Position numbers and translations under genes: made by a program | Notes under the pieces: generated by a model | Database searches by the model: none | What the model saw: only the letters and a program-made list of their open reading frames with translations | What the model was told of the DNA's origin: nothing | Shown: piece by piece, positions 17,478-27,052 of the stretch | Layout: each line of letters begins with the position of its first letter | How positions within the stretch are numbered: the stretch's first letter is position 1 | Assembly (NCBI GenBank): GCA_963815115.1 | Contig: CAWFFN010000009.1 | Coordinates: forward strand, 480,001 to 544,000 | Source of the DNA: an uncultured delta proteobacterium | GTDB taxonomy: Bacteria > Desulfobacterota > Binatia > DP-6 | DNA: 64,000 nucleotides | Direction: 5' to 3'

Positions 17478-19612
17478 CGGCGGGTCGCAGCGCCAGGGAA
17501 GGTCACGATCCTCTGCTCGGGACGCACGTCACCGAGTCGGCTGGCGGGCTGGCCGGGACCTACGCCGGCTTCCTGCTCGCCGAGCTCGGCGCCACCGTGC
17601 ACACGCTGCACGCGGCGGGTGGCCCCGTGCTCGACCGCCGCAAGCAGCGTGCGGCGGCGCGGACGAGCGCGGATGCGGTGCTGTGCGATGAGGAGCGGCC
17701 TCCGGTCGACAGCGCCGCACCGGTTCGCTGTCGGGTGAGTGCCTGGGGCGCGCGCGGGCCACGGCGTCACCTGCCACCGGACGAGGCACTGATCGCGGCC
17801 GCGACCGGCGTGCAGTCGTTGCAATGGTCGTGGTCCGGGCGGCCGGTGTGGCTGGTGACGCCGATGATCGGCTACATGACCGGCATCCTCGCCGCCCTCG
17901 GCACCACGGCGGCCCTCCTGGGACTTCGCCGCGGGCTTCCACCGCAGGAGCTGCGCGTGAGCGGACTCCAGGGAGCCCTCGCGCTCAATGCGGGCTCGTA
18001 CGTCACCGGTCCCGGTCACCGCGGCTCGCTTCTCCATCAGGGCGACCCGCGCGGGGCCTATCCGACCTACGGGCTCTATCGCACCGCCGACGGCTGGCTC
18101 TTCGTGGGTGCGCTCACCCAGGCGTTCTGGGTGAAGCTCATGAGCGCGCTCGAGCGCACCGACCTGCTGGCCCACCCCGACCTCCAGTCGGATCCGCTGA
18201 CGTTCTCGGGAAGGAAGATCCGCGCGTTCGTGCGCGCGGCGCTCGAGCCGCTCTTCGCCGCCCGCTCGACGGCGGCCTGGGTCGAGCTGCTCCGGGCTGC
18301 CGACGTGCCGTGCGGGCCGGTGCAGTCGCGGGAAGACTTCCTGCGCGATCCCGAGGCACGCGCACTCGGCCTCGCGCTCCCGGTGCGCGACCCGGAGCTG
18401 GGAGCGACCTGGCAGCCGCCCGCGCCGGCGCGGTTCGTGCGCGTCCCCGCCGATGGCGCGCCGCGCGCCCCGATCCGTCCGCGCGCGGCGTGCCTGGAGG
18501 GCATGCGTGTCCTCGACCTGACCAGCTTCATCGCCGGGCCCTTCTGCCCTCTCCTCCTCGCCGATCTGGGCGCCGACGTGATCAAGGTCGAGAGCGCCGA
18601 CGGCGATCCCTTCCGCCTCGCCGCCTTCGGCTTCATCGGGTGGAATCGCGGCAAGCGCTCCCTGGTGCTCGATCTGAAGCGACCGCAGGGGCGTGACCTG
18701 CTGCTCGACCTCGCGCACACCGCCGACGTGCTGGTCGACAACCTGCGGCCCGGCGTGCTCGACCGGCTGGGACTCGGCGCGGACGCACTGCGCGCGGCGA
18801 ATCCGCACCTGGTACACACCTCCATCACGGGCTTCGGCACCGAGGGCCCGCTCGGCGCGCTCCCGGGCTTCGATCCGATCTTCCAGGCCCGTTCGGGGTT
18901 GATGGCCGCCCAGGGCGGCGGCGACGAGCCGGTCTTTCACACCATCGCGTACAACGACTACTGCGCCGGCGCGCTCGGCGCGCTCGCCACCGTCGCCGCC
19001 CTGCTCGACCGCGAGCGCAGCGGATGCGGCGCCCGTGTCGACCTGAGCCTCTTCCGCACCGCCTTCGTCGACCAGGCCGCGCACCTCCTCCTGCATGCGG
19101 GCGGCATGGCGGAGGAGGCGAGCGGCGGCCGCGACTTCCTCGGGCCGTCGGCGGCCGAGAGGCTGTACGCCTGCGCCGACGGCTGGCTCTGCCTGTCGGC
19201 GCGGACGCCGGCGCAGCGCGGTGCGCTCGCGGCGATGGCGCACGCCGGGATGGCGAGCGAGGACGCCGTGTCGGCGGCCGTCGAACGCACGCTGGCCGGC
19301 CAGTCCAGGACGGACGCCCTCGCGGCGCTCGACGCCGCCGGCATTCCGGCTGCGCCGTGTCTCGGTTTCGACGACCTCTTCTCCGATCCGCACCTCGTGG
19401 CGAACGGCTGCTTCACCACCGTCGAGGACGACACGATCGGTCGGGTGACCGTGGGCGGTCCGCTGGTCGATTTCGAGCACACGCCGATCCGACCGCACGC
19501 GTCGGCGCCCCGCCACGGCGGGGATGCGGAGGCGATCCTCGGGGAGCGCGGGGTGTCCCCGGATCGTCTCGCCGCGCTGATGGACGCCGGCGTGGTCGGC
19601 CGTGCGCGCTGA
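17474..19612 (+). CDS. CaiB/BaiF (family III) CoA-transferase with two domains
   Basis: VLDLTSFIAGPFC..LLADLGADVIKVE, NRGKRSLVLDL and DNLRPG motifs; ATGA overlap with the upstream gene. Confidence 0.9.
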   Translation: MTAGRSAREGHDPLLGTHVTESAGGLAGTYAGFLLAELGATVHTLHAAGGPVLDRRKQRAAARTSADAVLCDEERPPVDSAAPVRCRVSAWGARGPRRHLPPDEALIAAATGVQSLQWSWSGRPVWLVTPMIGYMTGILAALGTTAALLGLRRGLPPQELRVSGLQGALALNAGSYVTGPGHRGSLLHQGDPRGAYPTYGLYRTADGWLFVGALTQAFWVKLMSALERTDLLAHPDLQSDPLTFSGRKIRAFVRAALEPLFAARSTAAWVELLRAADVPCGPVQSREDFLRDPEARALGLALPVRDPELGATWQPPAPARFVRVPADGAPRAPIRPRAACLEGMRVLDLTSFIAGPFCPLLLADLGADVIKVESADGDPFRLAAFGFIGWNRGKRSLVLDLKRPQGRDLLLDLAHTADVLVDNLRPGVLDRLGLGADALRAANPHLVHTSITGFGTEGPLGALPGFDPIFQARSGLMAAQGGGDEPVFHTIAYNDYCAGALGALATVAALLDRERSGCGARVDLSLFRTAFVDQAAHLLLHAGGMAEEASGGRDFLGPSAAERLYACADGWLCLSARTPAQRGALAAMAHAGMASEDAVSAAVERTLAGQSRTDALAALDAAGIPAAPCLGFDDLFSDPHLVANGCFTTVEDDTIGRVTVGGPLVDFEHTPIRPHASAPRHGGDAEAILGERGVSPDRLAALMDAGVVGRAR

Positions 19613-20417
19613 GCGTCCCAGCGTCGCGCTCGCGGCGACCCTGCACGACGCCACCGGCGTGCTCGCGAACGACATCCGCCGCCTGCTGCCGCGGCTCCAG
19701 GGCGTCTACGCCGCCGTCGCCGTGACCACCAGCCCGCCGACCGCGGCACGCGTCGTGGCGGTGCTGCGCGAGGCCGGCGTGCACGCGGGCTCGCCGCCGG
19801 CCAACACGCGCGGCCCGCTCTACCGCCTGAGCGTGCGCCGGGCGCTGGCGAGCGGTGCGGAGCGCGTGCACTACCTCGACTTCGACCGGGCGCTGCACTG
19901 GATCGACAAGGCGCCGCGCGAGCTCCGCCATGCGTTGCGCGCCGGCCGCCGCGGGACGCCACTCCTGGTCGGGCGGACCCGCCGCGCCCACCAGTCTCAC
20001 CACCGCCCGCTGCATGCCACCGAGGGCATCGTGAACCGGCTCCTCGCATCGCGGCTCGGATTCGCGGGTCGTGTCGACTTCCTGGTTCCCTCCTTCGTCG
20101 TTCGACGTGACACGGCGACGCTGCTTCTCGCTCGTTCCCGGGCGCGCGACGTCGCCATCTACGGGGAATGGGCAGCGCTCCTCCCCGGCGTCGCGGAGAC
20201 GCTCGACTACGTCGAATGCCGCGGGCTCGACTGGGAAACGCCCGACCGCCACCGCCGCGCGGTGCGGCGGCTCGGTCTCGCGGAATGGCGCCGACGGCAG
20301 GAGACGGCCGCCGAGTGGGGCCTGCGCATCGACGTCGCCGCCGCCGTCGTGCGCGGCTTCACTCGGGCGCTGGCACGATTCCCGGTGAAGCGCTGCACGC
20401 TCGCGCGGCTGCGCTGA
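19602..20417 (+). CDS. Conserved-looking hypothetical protein (possible GT-A-like fold)
   Basis: Operonic overlap with the CoA-transferase; LHD, HYLDFDRALHW and GLDWETPD motifs. Confidence 0.65.
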   Translation: MRAERPSVALAATLHDATGVLANDIRRLLPRLQGVYAAVAVTTSPPTAARVVAVLREAGVHAGSPPANTRGPLYRLSVRRALASGAERVHYLDFDRALHWIDKAPRELRHALRAGRRGTPLLVGRTRRAHQSHHRPLHATEGIVNRLLASRLGFAGRVDFLVPSFVVRRDTATLLLARSRARDVAIYGEWAALLPGVAETLDYVECRGLDWETPDRHRRAVRRLGLAEWRRRQETAAEWGLRIDVAAAVVRGFTRALARFPVKRCTLARLR

Positions 20418-20541
20418 CGTTTGCATGCTGCTCGCCGCGGCGCGTCGCGCGCGCGAGATCGCGCCCGAAGGTTGCCACGGCCAGCGGGGTGGGCTACTCC
20501 CGTCGCAATCCCACGTTCCAACCCGTAGCGAGGAGACTCCC

Positions 20542-21948
20542 ATGAGCTCGTATTCGATGCTGATCAACGGCCGCTCGGTCACCACGCCCGAGCAGGACGA
20601 CGTCATCAACCCCGCGCGCGGGGAGCCCTTCGCAACCTGTCCGCGGGGCAGCACGGCCCACGTCGACGACGCGGTGAACGGCGCCGCCGAGGCCTACAAG
20701 ACCTGGAAGAAGGACGAGGCGTTCCGGCGCGCGAAGCTCAACGAGTGCGCGGCGGCCATCCAGGCGCGCGCCCAGGACATCGCCACCGTGCTGTCGCAGG
20801 AGCAGGGGAAGCCGGTCACCGCGGCGATGGCGGAGACCTTCGGCGCTTCGATGTGGTTCAGCTACTACGCCAACCTCCAGGTCGAGCCCGAGGTCCTGCA
20901 GGACGACGGCGAGAAGCGCATCGAGGTGGTGCGCAAGCCGCTCGGCGTGGTGGCCGCGATCACGCCGTGGAACTTCCCGGTGATCCTGCTCGCATGGAAG
21001 CTGGCGCCGGCGTGGCTCGCCGGCAACACGGTGGTCGCGAAGCCGTCGCCCTACACCCCGCTCACCTCGCTCATGGTCGCCGACATCCTGAAGGACGTGG
21101 TGCCGCCGGGCGTGCTGAACGTTCTCTCGGGCGGCAACGAGCTCGGCGCGTACCTCGCCGGCCATCCCAGCGTGCGCAAGATCTCCTTCACCGGCAGCGT
21201 CGCGACGGGCAAGAAGATCATGGGCTACGCGGCGGAGGACCTGAAACGCGTCACGCTCGAGCTGGGCGGCAACGACCCGGCCATCGTGCTCGACGACGTC
21301 GACCCCGATGCCATCGCGGAGGGGCTCTTCTGGGGGGCCTTCCAGAACTCCGGCCAGGTGTGCACGGCGATCAAGCGACTCTACGTGCACGAGAAGGTCT
21401 ACCAGCCCATCGTGCAGGGGCTCGTCGAGCGCGCCAAGAAGGTGCGCGTCGGCGACGGCATGGACCCCGAGACGCAGCTCGGCCCGATCAACAACAAGAT
21501 GCAGCTCGAGCGCGTGATGGGGCTGGTCGACGACGCCAGGAAGAGCGGCGGCCGGATCGAGGCCGGCGGCACGCGGCTCGAGGGCTCGGGCTACTTCTAT
21601 CCCCCGACGATCGTCACCAACGTCGGCGCCGGCGTCCGGCTGGTCGACGAGGAGCAGTTCGGCACCGCGCTTCCGGTGCTCAAGTACTCGAAGCTCGACG
21701 ACGCGCTCGAGCAGGCCAATCGCACCCACTACGGCCTCGGCGCCTCGGTGTGGAGCGGCGACGTCGAGCGTGGCCGGACGATCGTCCAGGAGCTCGACTC
21801 GGGCACCGGCTGGGTGAACCAGCACATGGACATCACGCCCTTCGCGCCCTTCGGCGGCGCCAAGTGGAGCGGGATCGGCTACGAGAACGGGCGCTGGGGC
21901 TACGAGGCGTTCACCGAGCTGCAGGTGGTGAACACCAAGAAGGCCTAG
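20542..21948 (+). CDS. Aldehyde dehydrogenase
   Basis: ITPWNFP, FTGS, LELGGND, NSGQVC and EEQFG motifs; RBS GAGGAG. Confidence 0.95.
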   Translation: MSSYSMLINGRSVTTPEQDDVINPARGEPFATCPRGSTAHVDDAVNGAAEAYKTWKKDEAFRRAKLNECAAAIQARAQDIATVLSQEQGKPVTAAMAETFGASMWFSYYANLQVEPEVLQDDGEKRIEVVRKPLGVVAAITPWNFPVILLAWKLAPAWLAGNTVVAKPSPYTPLTSLMVADILKDVVPPGVLNVLSGGNELGAYLAGHPSVRKISFTGSVATGKKIMGYAAEDLKRVTLELGGNDPAIVLDDVDPDAIAEGLFWGAFQNSGQVCTAIKRLYVHEKVYQPIVQGLVERAKKVRVGDGMDPETQLGPINNKMQLERVMGLVDDARKSGGRIEAGGTRLEGSGYFYPPTIVTNVGAGVRLVDEEQFGTALPVLKYSKLDDALEQANRTHYGLGASVWSGDVERGRTIVQELDSGTGWVNQHMDITPFAPFGGAKWSGIGYENGRWGYEAFTELQVVNTKKA

Positions 21949-21953
21949 GAGAG

Positions 21954-21978
21954 CGACCCGAGACTTCGTCTCGGGTCG
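21954..21978. terminator. Hairpin between convergent genes
   Basis: CGACCCGAGAC-TTC-GTCTCGGGTCG. Confidence 0.6.
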
Positions 21979-22224
21979 GGGTGAAGGGCGAGAATGAGAC
22001 GTGGTGAACAGGGCGGCCGTCGTGCCGCGGCCGGCCGAGCCGGCGCGGCACACGTTCCGGAGCGCGAGGCCGTCGCTGAGACGGCATGCTGGCACGCGCC
22101 GTAGGCCGCACGAGGCCCGCGCTTCGGCCGTGCCACTGCATCCGCCCGATCCACCGAACGCCACACGCCCGCTTTCGACCCGAGACGGAGCGTCGGGTCG
22201 CGCGCCTAGTCGCGCCCGGCGCTC

Positions 22225-23649
22225 TCACGAGGTCGGTGCCGCGCGCCCCGGCGTCGCGGGGCGATCGCCGCGGCCACCCCGCCGTTTGCGGCGCCGGCGC
22301 TTCTTCGGTTCGCCGGCGGCTCCGGCTGGCGCGGCGACTCGCGGGCGCGGTTCGGGGGCGTGCGCCGCGGGTCCGTGGGCCGGTCCGTGCTCGGTGCGCC
22401 GTGGGCGCGGTGCCTGCCGTCCGTGCGTGCGACGGTCGCGATCGTCGCGCGGCGGCCGCGGCGCGTGGCGCAGGTCGTGCGCCAGCATGCGGTCGTCCGG
22501 GAAGTCGTGCGGCAGCTTGAAGCCGATGTAGCCCTCGATGGCCTCGAGCCCGTCGACGTACTCCTCGCACGCGAGCGTGATGGCGTGTCCCGACGCGCCC
22601 GCGCGCGCCGTCCGGCCGGCGCGGTGCACGTAGTCCTGCGGATCGAAAGGCAGGTCGTAGTTGATGACGTGGCTCACGCCCTCGATGTGAAGGCCGCGTG
22701 ACGCCACGTCGGTCGCGACCAGGATGGGGAGGGTGCCGTCCTTGAACTCGCCGAGGATGCGCAGCCGCCGGCGCTGGTCGACGTCGCCGGTGATGGCGGC
22801 CGCGGAGATGCCGTTGGCGAGCAGGTTGCGCTCGAGGCGTTCGGCGGTGCGCTTCATGTTCGTGAAGATGAGCACGTGCGCGCCCGGCGTCGCTCGCAGA
22901 AAACCGACGAGCAGCGGCAGCTTCTCGTGCGTGCCGACGTGGTAGACCAGATGCTCGATGTTCTCCGCGGTGATCTGTTCGGGCGTCACCGAGACCTTCT
23001 CGGCGTCGTTCATGAACACGTACGCGAGCTCCATCACGTCGAAGCCCAGCGTGGCCGAGAAGAGCATGGACTGTCGGCGGTCGTAGGGCGGCAGCCGGCG
23101 CAGCAGGTAGCGCAGGTCCTTGATGAAGCCCATGTCGAACATGCGGTCGGCCTCGTCGATGACGAGCATCTCCACGACGCGCAGGTCGAGGACGTGCTGG
23201 CGGTGATAGTCGATCAGCCGGCCGGGGGTGCCGACCAGGAGATCCGTGCCGGCCTCTACCTGATCGCGCTGCTTCTTGTAGTCGACGCCGCCGTAGACCG
23301 CGTTGATGGTGAACGGTGTCGCCTGCCCGAGCAGGCGGGCGTCGTCGGTGATCTGCACGACCAGCTCGCGGGTCGGCGCGATGACGAGCGCACGCGGTCC
23401 GGCGCCGCGCGCGGCACGCTCGCGCTGCAGCAGGCGGGTGAAGATCGTGATCAGGAATGCCGCGGTCTTGCCGGTGCCGGTCTGCGCCTGTCCGGCGACG
23501 TCGCGGCCGGCCAGCGACAGCGGCAGCACCTTTTCCTGGATCGGAGTGCAGTGCGTGAACCCCGCCGCCTGCACGCCGGCCATGACGGGCGCGGGCAGCG
23601 CGAAGCTCGTGAAGAGGCGCCCCTCGGGTTGGGGCTTGTCGGTACTCAC
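22225..23649 (-). CDS. rhlB: DEAD-box RNA helicase, RhlB-like
   Basis: AQTGTGKT, PTREL, TPGR, DEAD, SAT and HRAGRTAR motifs; CTPIQ...GRDVAGQAQTG is typical of RhlB. Confidence 0.85.
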   Translation of the reverse strand: MSTDKPQPEGRLFTSFALPAPVMAGVQAAGFTHCTPIQEKVLPLSLAGRDVAGQAQTGTGKTAAFLITIFTRLLQRERAARGAGPRALVIAPTRELVVQITDDARLLGQATPFTINAVYGGVDYKKQRDQVEAGTDLLVGTPGRLIDYHRQHVLDLRVVEMLVIDEADRMFDMGFIKDLRYLLRRLPPYDRRQSMLFSATLGFDVMELAYVFMNDAEKVSVTPEQITAENIEHLVYHVGTHEKLPLLVGFLRATPGAHVLIFTNMKRTAERLERNLLANGISAAAITGDVDQRRRLRILGEFKDGTLPILVATDVASRGLHIEGVSHVINYDLPFDPQDYVHRAGRTARAGASGHAITLACEEYVDGLEAIEGYIGFKLPHDFPDDRMLAHDLRHAPRPPRDDRDRRTHGRQAPRPRRTEHGPAHGPAAHAPEPRPRVAAPAGAAGEPKKRRRRKRRGGRGDRPATPGRAAPTS

Positions 23650-23758
23650 GCGGCCTCAATGACCGCCGCCACCCTGACAGTCAAGCGCGCTCCCGGCGCC
23701 GTTTCGTCGCCGTCCATCTTGACGACGGCGCGCGAGGCGTGGGACAAGACCGCCCAAA

Positions 23759-24016
23759 ATGGCCGAAGCGTGCGAGCCGCTGCGTATCATGCTCGGGTTC
23801 GTGGTGCGCCAGTGTGCGCGCCGACTCGGGCATGCGCCGCGGCCCGAAGAGCTCGCCGAGTGGGCCAACAACCAGTACGACGAGCGCGGGTGCTATCGCA
23901 TCTTCGGACGTCCCATCAGCCCCGAGGAGGCGCGCATCATCCTCCGCCATCCGGAACGCGTGGTGACGGTCCGTCCCAGTCCGCGATGGGAGTTCACGAC
24001 GACGCTGGGCCGTTAG
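23759..24016 (+). CDS. Small hypothetical protein
   Basis: Divergent from the helicase; LGFVVRQC..LGH.P.PEELAEWANNQ; start may be 23789. Confidence 0.6.
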   Translation: MAEACEPLRIMLGFVVRQCARRLGHAPRPEELAEWANNQYDERGCYRIFGRPISPEEARIILRHPERVVTVRPSPRWEFTTTLGR

Positions 24017-24498
24017 GGGCGGGCTCCCCTCGCCTCCCGGTCATCACCGGACGCGCCTGGAGCTTCTCCGACGGGCTGCGGGCGAGCGACGTGCTGCCGA
24101 GCGAGGCGGCGGACGAACCGGCGGCCGCGGCGGCGCGCAGCCTGTTCGCCGCGCTCGACCCCACGCTCGCGGCGCGACTCGTCCCGGGCGACGTGCTGGT
24201 GGCGGGCCAGCAGCTCGGCGGCGGTCCCGGCGGTGCGGCCGCCGCGCGCGCGCTGCGCGCCGCCGGCATCGTGGCCGTGATCGCCGCGAGCTACGCCGAC
24301 GGCTTCGCGGAGGCGCTCCTCGAGAGCGGTGTGCCGGCGCTCGAGGTGGACGCGCCGGCCGTCTTCCACACCGGGCAGCGCCTGCGGATCAATCTCGAGG
24401 GCGGCACGATCGCCAACCTCTCCAGCGGCGACCGTCAGCCGGTGCGCAACCTCACCGAGCCGCTGCTGGCGAGGCTCCGAGATCTGCTGGCAAGGTGA
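23986..24498 (+). CDS. LeuD/aconitase small-subunit (swivel)-like protein, degenerate
   Basis: ITGRAWSFSD, GDVLVAG.LGGG, AGIVAVIAASYA.GF and G.PAL motifs. Confidence 0.75.
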   Translation: MGVHDDAGPLGAGSPRLPVITGRAWSFSDGLRASDVLPSEAADEPAAAAARSLFAALDPTLAARLVPGDVLVAGQQLGGGPGGAAAARALRAAGIVAVIAASYADGFAEALLESGVPALEVDAPAVFHTGQRLRINLEGGTIANLSSGDRQPVRNLTEPLLARLRDLLAR

Positions 24499-25777
24499 CG
24501 TCGGCCGTGAGCGGTAGGTCGAGCCGGCGCAGCTCGCGCTGCTCGTCACCGGTGTGGTAGCCCGGTAGCCCGAGGATGCGGAGCTGGAAGGTGTAGCGTC
24601 CCGCTTCGAGACGCTGGCCGTCGCGTCCCTCGATGCCCACCAGCGGCACGCTGCCGGGGACGAACTCCGGCGGGGCCCTGTGCTGGGCATCGTCGAGGTA
24701 CACCAGCGACAGCGGGATGGCCTTGCGGAGGTTCTCGCTCATGGTCATCGCCACCAGGATGGCCTGGTCGCCGCCGACGAGCGCAAACCAGGACCCGTGA
24801 CCGTCGAAGGCGCGCTCCCGCGCGTCCATGTGGCCGTCGATCGGGAAGCCCGGCGGCGTCACCCCGGGCGCCAGGTAGTGCCAGCCCTCGAGACCTTGCA
24901 GGTCGACGCCGCCGAGGGCGGTGATGTCGCGGAAGAAGACCGAGGGCGAGAACGGCAGCTTGAGCGCGCCGGGCGCGTAGACGTGCTCGGCGTAGAAGAA
25001 GGTGTGCGCCAGACCCGCGGTGAGACGGATGCCGAGGCCGATGTCGACCGCGTGGCGCGAGCGGCGTACCACCCGCACCGGACCCGCCGTCCACGCGACC
25101 AGCGCGTGGCGGCCGTCGCGCTCGGAGATGCTCCAATGCGCCAGCCCGGCGTGCAAGGTCGCCTCGGCTCGCAGCCGCAGGCCGTCGATCAGGTTTGCCC
25201 CGATCGGACCCGCGAGCCCGACCCGGAACTCGGCGGGCAGCGCTCCCACCATCCCGATGCGGTAGCGAGCGGCGGCGACCCCGTCGTGTGCGGCGTCGTA
25301 CTCCACGTAGCGGCGATCCGTGTGCGGCGGCGGGTCGGCCACCATCAGATAGGCCCAGCCGACGTGGTGATCGAGCGGGTCGTCGATCCGGATCTCGCGT
25401 CCCACGGCGGCTCGAGGCGTGCCGCTCGGAGCGCGCTCGCCGGCATCGCATGCCATGAAGACGAGCTGGTCGTCCGGATCGAGTACACCCGGACGATCGT
25501 CGGATGAGGGCTCCGGCCCTCCCGCCATCGCGATGTTCGAGCCGATGCGCTCGTCGATCTGGAAGGGGATCGGCACCGCGACGCCGCCGCGGTACGCAAC
25601 CAGCCCCAGGTGCGCGAGGGGGGTGCCGCCGAGGCGGCGCAGCCGGATGGCGGACAGCTCGATCGCCTCGTGCGGCCGGCCGATGGGACCGCAGGACCCG
25701 AGCGGCACGAGCTCCCCGGCACCGTGCCGTGCGCTCGCGACCGCGAGCAGGCACGCCAGCAGCACGCGCGCGCGCAT
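24452..25777 (-). CDS. Secreted hypothetical protein
   Basis: ATG 25777 coupled to the upstream stop; signal peptide; PIPFQIDER and DQLVFMACDAG motifs. Confidence 0.75.
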   Translation of the reverse strand: MRARVLLACLLAVASARHGAGELVPLGSCGPIGRPHEAIELSAIRLRRLGGTPLAHLGLVAYRGGVAVPIPFQIDERIGSNIAMAGGPEPSSDDRPGVLDPDDQLVFMACDAGERAPSGTPRAAVGREIRIDDPLDHHVGWAYLMVADPPPHTDRRYVEYDAAHDGVAAARYRIGMVGALPAEFRVGLAGPIGANLIDGLRLRAEATLHAGLAHWSISERDGRHALVAWTAGPVRVVRRSRHAVDIGLGIRLTAGLAHTFFYAEHVYAPGALKLPFSPSVFFRDITALGGVDLQGLEGWHYLAPGVTPPGFPIDGHMDARERAFDGHGSWFALVGGDQAILVAMTMSENLRKAIPLSLVYLDDAQHRAPPEFVPGSVPLVGIEGRDGQRLEAGRYTFQLRILGLPGYHTGDEQRELRRLDLPLTADVTLPADLGASPAAAR

Positions 25778-26937
25778 CAGCCGGCGAGCGTGGCCGTCAG
25801 GGTCGGTGCCGCCAGCGCCCGGCGCCACGCGCGGTCGACGTCCGGGAGCTCGAGCGCGTCGAGGACCATGGCAGCCTCGGCCAGCGACGGCTGCCGCCCC
25901 ACGGCTCGCACGGCGTGCGCCAGCGCTCGATCGAGCCGCGAGTCGGCGAGGCGGGCGAAGCGGTAGCGGAGCTTCTTGCGCGCCCGCGCCAGCTCCTCGC
26001 GGGAGAACCCGGCGGCCGCATCGCGACACGTCCGCTCGACCGTGTCGAGCAGTCGGCCCTCGTGCTCGCGGGCGGCGCTCGCCGAGATCACCGCGACGGC
26101 CCAGTCGGCGCCATGCTCGACGCTCGCTCCGACGTCGTACCCCAGCCCGAGCCGCTCGCGAATCTCCTGGAAGAGGCGCGCGTCGGGGTCGGCGCCGACG
26201 ATCTCGATGGCGAGCGAGAGGGCGAGCACGCTGCGCGCATCCGGCGGCGCGGCCGCGATGCGGACGAGATAGCTCTGCGCGAGATCGCGGCGTCGCAGGC
26301 GTACCGTGCCGCAGGCACCGCGAAGCGGCAGGCGCGGGCGCGCCGTCGGCCTGGTGCCCGAGATCGGGAACGTGCGGGCGATCGCGCGCCGCACGCGAGC
26401 CCGGGAGACGCCGCCCACCAGCGCCAGCGTCATGTTCGCTGGCACGAACTGGCGCGCGATGAACCGCCGCACCGCTCGCGACGTCAGGCTGCGCAGGCTC
26501 CGCATCGTCCCGCAGATCGGATGGCCCAGCGGTCCGCCGAAGAAACGGCTCCAGGCGCGCTCGTGGACCACGCTCGCCGGATCCTCCTGACGGCCGCGAA
26601 TCTCGTCGATCACCACGCGCCGCTCCTTCCGGAAGCGATCCTCGGGCACGGTCGAGTGGAAGAGCTGCTCGGCGATCAGCCCGAGCGCGTCCTCGACGTC
26701 GTGATCGAAGACCTCGAAGTGCAGCGTCATGTCCTCGTAACCGGTGTCGGCATCGTGCTCGCCGCCGAGGTCGCCCGCGCGCCGGTTGAGCGCCCCCTGG
26801 TCGTGCGCGCGCGTGCCCTGGAAGAGCATGTGCTCCGCCATGTGGGCGATGCCGGCGTGCTCGCCGTCGAAGCGCGATCCGGCACGGATCGCAACGGCGA
26901 TGGCGGTCAGCGGACCCGGAGCGGGCTCGTGCAGCAC
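25777..26937 (-). CDS. M16 family zinc peptidase
   Basis: GIAHMAEHMLFQGT (HXXEH); ERRVVIDE; LFQEIRERLGLGY; true start may lie slightly upstream. Confidence 0.9.
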   Translation of the reverse strand: MLHEPAPGPLTAIAVAIRAGSRFDGEHAGIAHMAEHMLFQGTRAHDQGALNRRAGDLGGEHDADTGYEDMTLHFEVFDHDVEDALGLIAEQLFHSTVPEDRFRKERRVVIDEIRGRQEDPASVVHERAWSRFFGGPLGHPICGTMRSLRSLTSRAVRRFIARQFVPANMTLALVGGVSRARVRRAIARTFPISGTRPTARPRLPLRGACGTVRLRRRDLAQSYLVRIAAAPPDARSVLALSLAIEIVGADPDARLFQEIRERLGLGYDVGASVEHGADWAVAVISASAAREHEGRLLDTVERTCRDAAAGFSREELARARKKLRYRFARLADSRLDRALAHAVRAVGRQPSLAEAAMVLDALELPDVDRAWRRALAAPTLTATLAG

Positions 26938-27052
26938 CGTGAGCGCGCCGTGGTGGAGGCGGGTCGGTTCGTGGAGCAGACCGGCGAGCGCTCCGTTGCG
27001 GTCCGCCGCCGTGTCCGATCGCCCGGACGACCGGAGGCGCCCGCCGCCGCGG

